This document shows, one piece after another, positions 24,001 through 31,645 of a stretch of 43,176 nt of DNA. Position 1 is the stretch's first letter. Each line of letters starts with the position of its first letter. The notes below the pieces were generated by a model, which ran no database searches, was not told the origin of the DNA, and saw only the letters and a list, made by a program, of their open reading frames with translations. The DNA is taken from contig NW_013657665.1 in the NCBI RefSeq assembly GCF_000142905.1, positions 540,101 to 583,276 on the forward strand, given 5' to 3'. This DNA comes from Thecamonas trahens ATCC 50062 (taxonomy: Eukaryota; Protista; Apusomonadida). A program made the position numbers and the translations under genes.

Positions 24001-24570
24001 TTCGACTTTACCATCGAGGGCACGACTGGCGTGGTCTCGTACCAGAACGTGGCCCGGGTGACGGTCAACTACTACCTCATGGACATCGAACTGCTGTTCT
24101 CGTCGTCGCCGTTTGTGGCAGCGTCGTCGAAGAACGTGCTCAAGCCCAACGAGGTGGAGGAACACGCCACGACCGAGGTCCGCAACGGCACGCTCCGGTT
24201 TGACATTGCGAGTTCGTTTGCCAAGGCCAACGTGCTCATCGAGGTCGTCGCCGGCTCGGTTGTGCGGTCGGCATCGTACTTTGCGCAGTCGTTTGCCGCG
24301 CACCTCATCGAGAACTACGGTCAGCTCCGGGTGGCGCTCCCAGCCAACGCAGGCAGCGGCCCGATCAAGAACGCGTACGTCAAGGTCTACGCCCGTCTCC
24401 ATTCGGGGCGCGACACGTTCTGGCGCGACGGATACACCGACTTCCGCGGCAAATTTGACTATGCCACTGTGAGCGGCGGTGACATCAGCTCGGTCGCCCG
24501 CTTTGCCATCCTCATCATCACTCCCGACCACGGGTGTGTGGTCAAAGAGGCAGCTCCGCCGCGGACTTGA
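18070..24570 (+). CDS. Uncharacterised 2166-aa protein, putative alpha-2-macroglobulin-like beta-sandwich array
   Basis: Uninterrupted ORF with strong coding bias; helical N-terminus, then beta-rich blocks (VTLDVVVKNVPKLLVRVYEVN; GVFVVELIGGG..RAVIRVG; VDILEQIPAGAVPL) and C-terminus YVKVYAR..FWRDGYTDFRGKFDY..GCVVKEAAPP. The ORF is secure; the fold is inferred. Confidence 0.7.
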   Translation: MASPDPYHDLTKYSLEEAFALTGDRPGLVAKLVPGQRDAFYYTGLLLADGVAAGDTPLNELAAHLASSKSSFDSTREWRELNTRFKLLAYDAATSEVEEDPFLEFLISEYDLSFQTPRLEPAKSAASTAEPGPAPSSQTRHESDSAVPPVDRNALYADAYRSSGVSGFRPAAYPWLLNKLASAATKDEYRHLKEVLDALPHARLPGTLPALLHHMASDKYGGIYSAYRQLTAKFTLAQLDELLEAKPALRDDATFVDGYLAKLHPGADVDMQYELSIGSHACTEYISKCLEFVRTLAPVFNPYRHTLLYHSLVIGLAAGHGMSELEDCLLELLAIPSSVSFADPDWVRPFRSDGARAGYVSSSSSSVPSVPAPSSTDVTSLIERLLRGALSETRRIQPYAKYVRSTTLERWLAEEQLFASGSADPTNSVLSASTIRSLRDRVDLEFGPSNAAYFAPNDHVTLDVVVKNVPKLLVRVYEVNTAAVYRDSLSQVSEHLSVEGLVPNNEYEHKYDAPPMVRAQHTLPLPCIGMARGVFVVELIGGGRSLRAVIRVGHLYALSHPAPTGHVLRVYDETSALCPDAQLTLDGHQYVANAHGEILVPYTSSPGRRTVVLTSDGFADLYTFDHAGENYSFAAAFYLDREQLLSKHTAVALVRAQLSLNGMELPLARLSHLVLTITTTDIDGVVSTSTIDDFELSDLVESTYGFVVPDKTVAVALELTGSVRSRATESDVQLRASQSFQLNKIDLTAAMDDVFLRRTSSGYSLVVVDKSGRRVANAPLSINLAHIDVSRSTSCLTRFTDASGAVHLGHLPNVSAIRARNCSWTLQRASGSMPRLLHGIEGEELRFPYHGQVPRADDDYAVSCTSRNAVGAVVDDVSTAVAVSPGLVRVSGLTAGDYVLFVPNAAGGFDQLTLRVAAASTVVTFSHTDPVRHRIFVSPGRILEQVASSEPMAVTDVTASSDELTVQLAHASGATRVHVVCSHFVPNYNPAELLGPSAFFRQMSDTPRPLSRVSSAYHAARALSAEAQYILNRQFAAKHPGNMLKRPSLLLALNDRPGNVDDVRRFTPSSGSLRDQMGMMMCEDEDEMECSMMAPSMARSMSKCRKKKKREGRGPVAGSVAEARSLRRRELSADETGSILSDPYRHNIEFLLHGSDCMFNLRPDTDGRVVVPLDQISPGNTVVSVVVVDGDAHAARQFALPESSVTYNDMRLLKPLDAERHFAEVRAIDVMPTGGLFDVADKRTTESMAYDTVGKVFSLFSTLLGGSADFEAFRFVTTWGSMDREAKLAKYAEFASHELNVFVAFKDRTFFADVVAPFLANKKVKTFVDDYLLGADLSKWTVARKFERLNIVEKILLGGASGDAAILRHVLDQADLLPADRATFYALHKVALKAKLESAGDLPNAAGDVPTLGGGGGGSGGGGMPRGGYDDAPTRRYYAPLPGTKEYGENNYHRVPIELIDERLVQISKFWGAYGAHVMEQLEARQSGAAGEPAPYTPAFLSEHFVHAASSPTEALLALAVLDLPFESNEHTVELEGASRSRLMAASPVIMVHKQVCETDEGEAPILVCQNFFDPNDRYAEVDNERVDKFVSDEFVINKVYGCQVAVTNISTARQKVDILEQIPAGAVPLCGGFFTRSHYIELNPYATVTDEFQFYFPAAGAAAHFPIHVAQNEVTVASAARVTLNVVDVASVHDTLSWSYVAAHGTIDEVVAFLDSHNPLRFQILDIEDRLGHKEWWLKIMKLLRAHKAYVHRVWQYGLKHHDRRAVAEWLYHNDGFIDRLGASCVLSILPLDVESEVRYQHLEYEPVVNPRAHPLPGVSQSTAPAMVKHQYEALLGSLKYSSTFRTDDLLALTYYLLLLDRVDEAAAFFARIDRTADVSEGGLANELQVDYFAAYLDIFFGAETGYATARAIAAKYVAYPVKRWREMFMDVLRQLSELDDPSSASAALSTLSLAGSEAAASREEQMAALAATEPAFDFTIEGTTGVVSYQNVARVTVNYYLMDIELLFSSSPFVAASSKNVLKPNEVEEHATTEVRNGTLRFDIASSFAKANVLIEVVAGSVVRSASYFAQSFAAHLIENYGQLRVALPANAGSGPIKNAYVKVYARLHSGRDTFWRDGYTDFRGKFDYATVSGGDISSVARFAILIITPDHGCVVKEAAPPRT

Positions 24571-24717
24571 CGAACGTGCGAGAAAAAAAAGCGAGCATGC
24601 GCATAGCATAGCGTACAAACGTTTTGGCGGTACCGCAGTTTGTGAGCGTGCACCCTCCTACCCCCCCCCCCCTCCCCTGGGTGTTATACGCCCAAACACC
24701 CCACCGACCACCCTCAT

Positions 24718-26624
24718 ATGTCGCGGTCTCGCGTTCGGCCAAGCGGCATGCGGCGTGGGTCGGGCAGGCGGTCGATGCCGGGCGTGTCGGTGGTGTCAGG
24801 AGCAGGGAAGACCGAAGCAGAGGTGCGGACAGGGAGCAGTACGGTCGAAAGCGGCGACGAGGAGGCCTATGTACCGGCGGGCATCTCGCTGGCCCAGCTT
24901 GCATCGGCTGGAGTGACGGAGGGCTCACTGAGCTTTGAAGAGCTCGGTATGGACCTCGAGGCAGAGGCCGGACAACCGGGCAGGACAGAGTCGCGGCCGG
25001 ATCTCGGGCTGCGATCGCAGACATCAGTGCTCTCGCTGACCAAGCTGCACATGATGATGTCGGAGAGCAATGACGAGTATGCGCAGAAGAGTCATCAAAT
25101 CACGCCTACGGCATCATCCCCGCAATTGCAGCGCTGGCTGAGCTCGGTGTGGAAAGAGACCGGGCTCGATCCGTTGATGGCGGCGGATGCGGCGGCGGCA
25201 CAGCACTTTGTTTACTCGCGGTTTGCGTGGGAGTTTGTGCTCCACCTCTTTTTCCGTTCTCCCTCCCGATCATGCTCGCCAGCGGCGGATGGATCGCGGT
25301 GAAGAACAGGACGTTTTCCTCGCTGAGCATCATCTGCCTCGGGCAGTGGTTTGTCTCGTGCGCGGCATGGGCGGTGGTGATCCTGGTCGTGCTCTACTTT
25401 GACGATTTCATGAGCTCGTCAGTTGTGGTCGAGGTCTTTGTCGGGCTCGCTACTCACATGTTTCGATCGGCGCTTGTGGCAGTCAAGCACGGATGGCGCA
25501 AGCCGTCGTTGGTCCGGGCCGTCAAGGCTGGAGTCGTGCCGAGGCGACAGCTCCGGCTGGAGGAGATTATCTCGGGCTGGATCGTGCTCGGCAAAGCGGT
25601 CACCCTCACAGAGCTCTCCGAGGCAGCCATCCGGCACGACCTCAATCTACAGGGCTACTTGGTGCGCGTGGCGTACACGTCGCCGAGCGCCATACGGGAG
25701 GAGCTTCCGTTGGCGTGCGAGGCGCTGCCCGAAGTGGGCGAGCAGATTCGGTGGGCCGACGACAACGCAGAGGAGACGGGACATCACGGCACCGTTCTAG
25801 TCCCACTGCATCTTGTGTTGGCTGAGACGCTGCTTGTGGAGAAGTCGAATCGACTCCCGTTTGCCATGCTGGTCATCCGGCTGGTATCGTCGCTTGTGGT
25901 TGCCGGCACGCTGCCTGCGGCCCGGTTGGCGTTTGGCCAGGCGGCGTTCGGCGATACCTGGCCGACGCAGGTTGCGCTCAGCCTCGTTGTTCTCATCCAG
26001 CTCGGCATCACGTTCAATTTTACGTCGCTGGTGGTTTTTGCGTCGTGGGCTGACTCGTTTCGGCGGACGCGGTGGCTGCGGACGTGGGGAGGGTTTCTCT
26101 TCGACCGGCGGTCGCTCCTCGCGCCGTTCTTCTCGCGCCATCCAGAGGTGTGGCTCCTCTCGCGACGAGTCATTTTGGACATTGGGCTACAGTTTCGGAA
26201 GCGGCTGGACGTGTTCTTTGCAGCGATGCTCCTGCTTATCGGCTCGCTTATTGTCCCCATTGTGGTGCTCTCGCTCCGCAACGAACAGTCGACGTCTGTG
26301 GCGATTTTCTTTGCCTTTTCGCTGGTCATGGGCTCCGTGGCGACGACTGCGCTTATTCTCTCGTCGATTGCGGGGTACTCCACAAACCAGACGTTCCGCA
26401 CGGACCAATACGCGCTGCACGGGCTGGCACTCGATCCAATGCACGGCATCCGCGGGCTGGGGGCACGGCTGGAGTACTCGATCTCGGGCCTGCATCTCGA
26501 CGCGACCCTCAACTCGCTCACCATTCTAGGACTCTCGCATGGACCTGCTGCGTTTCGTGCCATTCTCTCGTTTGGACTGGCGGTGATTTCAATCTCGCTC
26601 CGACAGCTGTTCTTTGGCATCTGA
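24718..26624 (+). CDS. Multi-pass membrane protein, PHTF-like / 7TM ion channel superfamily candidate; 1-nt deletion at ~25249-25255
   Basis: ORF 24718..25302 joins ORF 25149..26624 as EFVLHLFF|PFSLPIML (~635 aa). Roughly 7-8 hydrophobic helices; VWLLSRR..RLDVFF, GYSTNQTF and LTILGL..LRQLFF resemble PHTF motifs recalled from memory. Confidence 0.6.
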
Positions 26625-26635
26625 TGCTCCCGCTA

Positions 26636-29600
26636 CTAGCTGCGGATGTCGTCGTGACTTTTGCATGCACAGGCGACCATGGCGCGCTGGCGCGAGCCCA
26701 GCTTGTGGCTGGAGTGGCACTCCTTGCGGCAGGTAAAGCAAACGGCTACGCCGCAGTCGAGACATGGATAGGTATCGGTGATGACGTCCGGGCTTGGCCC
26801 GGTGGCCGAGTAGGTGCAGCGGCCTGCGCGGGTGGCGTCGCGGATGGCGCGGCGTTTGGCGGCAGCCTCTTTTTTCAGCCGCTGCTCGCGGAGGAGGCGC
26901 GGGTCGATGAACGAGCCAGAGCGCGAGAGCATTGACGAGGAGGCCAGCGCGTTGGCCGGCAGCTTGAGGCCCCACCAGACCGGGAACCGGACGTGGAACA
27001 AAGTTTCATCGTCGAGGGCAGCGACACGCCATTGAGGCGAGATGCCTGCAAGCGGGGACTCGAACGCAGGTGGGGGAAGCGGAGTAGCAAAGAGGATGGT
27101 CCGCTCAAGGCTCGACGGCCGGTCGTAGGGAGAGGCATCGAGGTAGGCGTCGATGGTGTTGATGACTTGGTCGAGCATGGCCGGTGGCGCCTCGCGGCCA
27201 ACGCAGAGGTAGACGGCGGCAACGGCGTCGAGGAGGTACATGTCGCGGGGGCGTCGAGGGCCGATGGGTAGACCATGTCTGAGGGCGCGACGGTGAGGTA
27301 GCCCTTGCCGAGCGAAAAGGCGAAGAGCCGGAGGTGGCGCTTGTCCGTCGACGACGCCACGTCGCGGGCATAGTCTAGGTCACCGGGATCGAGTCGGGGC
27401 GAGAGGTAGGAGCAAAAGAGCGAGAGGCCGTCGGGATCCTCTGAACCCTCGATGAGCTCGAACCACGGTTGGCGGGAGGCTGCATCGGGTGTAGGATTGA
27501 AGAGGTCGGAGAGGCGGTCGAGAAGCGAGACGGCGACGGCGTGCTCGGCGTCTGTTGCGCCACGGCCGGACCAGAGAAAGGCGCCACCTGTTCCCGGGCC
27601 CGGAGTAGGAGGCACGCCCTCGATAGACGACTCGGACTGCATGCACGGATCGTAGAGGAGAAAAGTGTCTGCTGAGGTGAGCGAAGCTGCCGAGGCGGCG
27701 ACCTGGTGGACGGCGACGTTGTACTCGTTAAAGCCGGAGAGGCGGAAGAGTCGGGCAGACGGGTCCATGGCAGGGGTGGCAAAGCGGAGGTCGGGCCGCT
27801 CTTCAAGAAGCGGGGCGCGATGTGCAAAGGGAAGGGCGGCCGATGCGTGGCCGTGGTGGACAGTGATAAAGCCGCGGAAGAGCGACCGGAGCGCCGGCGG
27901 CTCGGCGCCCTGGTCAACCTGCAGGAGTACCGGATTGAGGCCCGAGTCGGAGAGGGTGGCCCAGACGGGCGAGTGCTTGAAGGAAAGCCAGAGCTTGCGT
28001 GGGGCATACATGCCCATCCAAAAGAAGACCACACAGCCCTTGCCGACCGAGAGGCTGGCTGCCGGAGCGACGTCAACAAGGCCTTTGGGCAGCGACTCGT
28101 AGTAGTAAATGACGATGACGGCGTCAGCGTCGAAAAAGTGGCCGTCCGAAGCGGCCGGCTCGGGGAGAGCAAACGGGTAGGCGTCGTCCTCCATGATCAT
28201 GACCGAAAGCATGCCTGGGACCTGGTCCGGATCAAGGTTAAGTGCGGCGACAGCCTGGGCCTTGGTTGTGGCCGCGGATGGTCCGAGGGCATCAGCAGCG
28301 GCGGGGCGGGCGTTGTACATGTCGGCAGCAACGTTGATGGAGCGCGGGGTTACCGAGGCGACACAGTCTGACGCCTTTTCGCCACGGGCGATCTTGGCGG
28401 CGTCAGGATCACGCGGGCGGAGGGTCGAGAGGCTCCCAGTCTCCCAGTCGGCAAAGTGCTGGGTGAAGAGGTACGGCTCGGTGCCAGGCGTGATCTTGAC
28501 AACGGCGGCCCAGGAGGGGCGGTCGACGGTGGACGACGCGGACGGATTCCCCTCGCGGAGCAGATGCTCTGCGCAAGAGATCGCTGTCTTGCGGAGGAGC
28601 GGGGCGACGTCGGAGCCGATCCAAACAAAGACAAGGCCGGTGGAGCCGGTGTCAATGAGGATGACGGCCGACGGGGTGAGGAGAGCCCGGGTGAGCGGGA
28701 GCTCGATGGCAGTGAGCTCGAGCTCGGACGACGACGAGACAACAACGCAGCAGGCAACGGGGGTGTAGACAAAGGACTTCCAGTCTACAAAAGCCGGAGC
28801 GCGGCTCGGGATCGACGGTGGCGGCGAACGGGAAGTGTATGCGCGCTTGGCGTCGGGCAGCAGTGTCCGCATAAAGGTGATGTAGTCGGGCGTACTTGGG
28901 TCCGAGACTGGGACCAGAGTGACGTCGACGCGCAGGGAGCGGGTAAAGTCGAGGGCGCGGCCACGTGCCTTGATGGACGAAGCAGGGCCGTTGTACTGGA
29001 AGACGGAGCCGTCAGAGTCGACAAGAACAAAGACGTCGGTGGTGTTGAGAGACGAGGCGTGTGCGAGGACACGGACGATGGGCGCGGCACTTGGCTTGGA
29101 CGGGACGAGGTAGAGGGCGCAGTCGTCGTTGACGTAGTCGAGGGCGACGGGTGGCTCGATGAGCGGGTGATCGTCGGTGGCGGTGGAGGCACGGCGCAGG
29201 GCAGCAAGCTCGCGCATTGACTTGGCGCCAGGCAACAAGTCGTCCGAGGTAGGAAGCTTGGACGATCCGGTCAGTTCGCGGTTAAGAGTGGTGATGTCCT
29301 CAAGCTTGACCGGCAACGGTGGTAGGGTGTCTGGACCATCAGGGAGAGCCTTGTACAGCCGGCTCCGCTCCTTGAGCAGCCACATGACAAGCGACTCGTA
29401 GTCATCGAGAGCCTTGGCCATGGTGGCTTCTGTCTGCGATGGATCGGCGCGGGCACGCGATGTAGCATCGGCCACCTTGGCCAGAGCGTCGTTGAGCGAG
29501 CGCTTGAGGGCGGCGTTCTGTGTCTTGAGCGAGGCAATAGTAGCAGTTGCAGTAGCCAGCTCTGCCTTGGCCGCCTGCGATGATGCGATAGCTGACTCGA

Positions 29601-29968
29601 GCGCCGACTTTGCCAGATAGTACCGTTTGCGAAGCTTGAGAAACTTGGCCTCTGCCCCATGGGCCAGCTCCAGATAGCGGTCCTTCTTGGCAAGCAGTTC
29701 CTCGGCAGCAGCTGTAGCGGGAGTGAGTGAGTGAGGGTGGGTGGGTGGGTGGGGTGGGGGGGGGGGGGGGCGCAGGGGGGGGCAGGGGGAGGGACGTACC
29801 TTTAAGGCGGCGGTTAGAGTCGGTCTTCTTGGCCAGCTTGCGCTCGAGCTGTGCGGTGAGGCGGGCACGAGCGGCGGCGTCTGTGGTGAGCTGGTGGAGC
29901 ATGGCGCGCAGTTGGGCGGGGGTGGCGTCCTTGAGGGTGGGGCTGTGGGCGGGGGCGGGGGTGGCCAT
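26636..29968 (-). CDS. Gelsolin/villin-family protein: N-terminal coiled coil, five gelsolin repeats, C-terminal UBR-box zinc finger; intron 29712-29799; 1-nt deletion at ~27249
   Basis: Repeats LNTTDVFVLVD..VFQYNG; LTPSAVILID..VFVWIG; GHFFDADAVIVIY..VFFWMG; LTSADTFLL..FLWSGRGA; DMYLLD..VYLCVG. C-terminus CTYSATG..YPCLDC..VCFTCRKECHSSH..CAC. The splice joins RRLK|AAAEELL in frame. Confidence 0.8.
29712..29799 (-). other. Spliceosomal intron (88 nt, phase 1)
   Basis: On the minus strand AAAG|GTACGT...CTCAC...CTACAG|CTGCT; removal restores the frame. Confidence 0.8.
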
Positions 29969-30050
29969 GGCCCGCGTGGGGGTGGGTTGTCAGGTGGCGG
30001 CGGTTTGGTGGTTTGGCGGCCGCTGGCCGGTCCTCGGCTGCCAGCCAACA

Positions 30051-31049
30051 TCAGGACAGATCGGCGGTGGCGGTGGTGGCGGGGCGGCGGAAATCGGATG
30101 CAAAGGGCTGTAGCGCGGCTGTGAGGCCATCAATGAGCGGGGTGGAAAGGTCAGCTAGGTCGGCGGCGTTGAGTAGCGCGAGAAGGCGGGCGCAGGAGAG
30201 CTGTGCGTTCTGCGGCCGAGGAGCGCCAGGAGGCGGGTTCGGGTTGGGAGCGATGAGCGCGATGTGGCTCTCGGCGAGGCCCAAGATGTCCAGCATGAGG
30301 AGTGCGACCTTGTACTTGGTCGTCTGCTCGGAGCCGGAAAAGTGGAGGGTGCCAGCGAGGTCGGCGACGGGCAGAGCGAGGAGGGCGGCGATGACGCGAG
30401 CGACGTCGTCGACATGGGTGGGGAAGCGGGCGGCCCAATTGTCGATGAGCAGCGGTCTGGTGTCATGCTCAAGGTCGCGGAGCGGCTCAGCGATGGCGGT
30501 GAGAGCCGACTCTCCGAGCGACTCGATCGAGCCGTAGAGGATGGGGACGCGGAGAATGGTGGCGCACTCGGGAGCGGCGAGGCGGACCGCATCCTCACCG
30601 GCTGCCTTGGAAACGCCGTAGTCGTTGAGCGGGGCCGGCGTAGCATCTTCGGCGTACGGCGGATTCGAGCCCGGAAAGACGTAGTCGGTGGAGATGTACA
30701 GCAGCCAGGCACCCGAGGCGGCAGCATGCTCGGCCAGAGCCCGCGGGAGCTCGACATTGAAGGCGGCGAGGCGGTCCGGGTCCTTGCATGCATCTGGACG
30801 ACGCTCTGCAGCAAGATGCAGGATGGCGTGCGGGGCGACGTCGGCCAAAAGTGCGGTGCGAGCATCCGGATCGGTCAGATCGGCCTTGTGCCAGGTGACC
30901 GAGGGGAAGGGCGAGTCGCCCGGCGCGGGCACGCGCGACCAGCCGGTGGCCGCCACAGCGTGGGGGGAGGAGGCGAGAGCGGCGACGACGGCCCGACCTA
31001 GAAGACCAGTGGCGCCGGTGACAAGCACGGTCTTGCCAGGAGAATCCAT
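30051..31049 (-). CDS. MAT2B / dTDP-4-dehydrorhamnose reductase (RmlD)-family SDR
   Basis: VLVTGATGLLGRAV, HLAAERRPD, YISTDYVFPG..PPY.ED..P.PLNDYGVSKAAGE (YxxxK), LRVPILYG, RFPTHVDDVA. ATG 31049. Confidence 0.88.
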   Translation of the reverse strand: MDSPGKTVLVTGATGLLGRAVVAALASSPHAVAATGWSRVPAPGDSPFPSVTWHKADLTDPDARTALLADVAPHAILHLAAERRPDACKDPDRLAAFNVELPRALAEHAAASGAWLLYISTDYVFPGSNPPYAEDATPAPLNDYGVSKAAGEDAVRLAAPECATILRVPILYGSIESLGESALTAIAEPLRDLEHDTRPLLIDNWAARFPTHVDDVARVIAALLALPVADLAGTLHFSGSEQTTKYKVALLMLDILGLAESHIALIAPNPNPPPGAPRPQNAQLSCARLLALLNAADLADLSTPLIDGLTAALQPFASDFRRPATTATADLS

Positions 31050-31160
31050 GTCGAGGCGGCGTGGGGTCGGGGTTGCGGAGTGGGGTGGGGTCGGGTACGG
31101 GCAGGCTGTGACACATGTGGTCCGGGCTGGTTGGTTTGCGATCACAGGAACGCTCAAGGT

Positions 31161-31613
31161 TTATCGGTGGGTGCGGGCTTGGGGGCCAGGATTGGGGCCA
31201 GGAAGGTTGCGGCGGGTGCGAGTGCGGCGCGGCGCGGGTTGGGAAGCATCTCTTGATGACGGTGGGCTGATTGGAGAGGTGGGCAGCGGCGAATCAAGAG
31301 AGACGGGTGACGGTGAAGGCGATGGCGATGGCGATGGCGATGGCGATGGCGATGGCGATGAAGAGTCCAATCCCGAGTCGGTGGTCGTCGTAGTTGTCGT
31401 GGTGGTGTTGTGCGAGCGCGTGTCCAGGTTGCGGCGGCGGCGGCGGTTGCGGCGTGGCGTGCGCGGGGGGTGGCCGGAGAGCGGCGAGCGCTGCGAGGCA
31501 GTCGGCAGGCCTGAGGCAGGGCCAACTCGACGACGGCGGCGACGGCGGTGGAGCGAGTTCGATCGGGGGCGGCTTGGGGTAGATGGGCTGTGAGGCGAGC
31601 TTGCTGTGGTCAT
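31161..31613 (-). CDS. Possible low-complexity S/P/R/T-rich small protein (150 aa)
   Basis: ATG-initiated ORF filling the space between two genes; poly-R, poly-T and (SP)n tracts; no recognisable domain. Confidence 0.25.
   Translation of the reverse strand: MTTASSPHSPSTPSRPRSNSLHRRRRRRRVGPASGLPTASQRSPLSGHPPRTPRRNRRRRRNLDTRSHNTTTTTTTTTDSGLDSSSPSPSPSPSPSPSPSPSPVSLDSPLPTSPISPPSSRDASQPAPRRTRTRRNLPGPNPGPQARTHR
31317..31360. repeat. (GATGGC)n hexanucleotide microsatellite
   Basis: About 7 tandem copies visible; a similar tract at ~39397-39455 encodes SPSP in the VPS9 gene. Confidence 0.8.
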
Positions 31614-31645
31614 GCGGCGGGCGGATCGCGCTGGAGCGAGGCCAT

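Noticed and set aside
21808-24618. 936-aa antisense ORF, and many other shadow ORFs such as 3298..4329 and the 5' part of 7494..10217
   Set aside because: Antisense to clear genes; strong GC3 bias removes stops on the opposite strand; no domain signal.
30051-31613. Read-through from ORF 31161..31613 into the MAT2B-like gene (same frame, one TAA between)
   Set aside because: A one-in-three chance of sharing a frame; TAA-A is not a leaky context; the MAT2B-like protein is complete from its own ATG.
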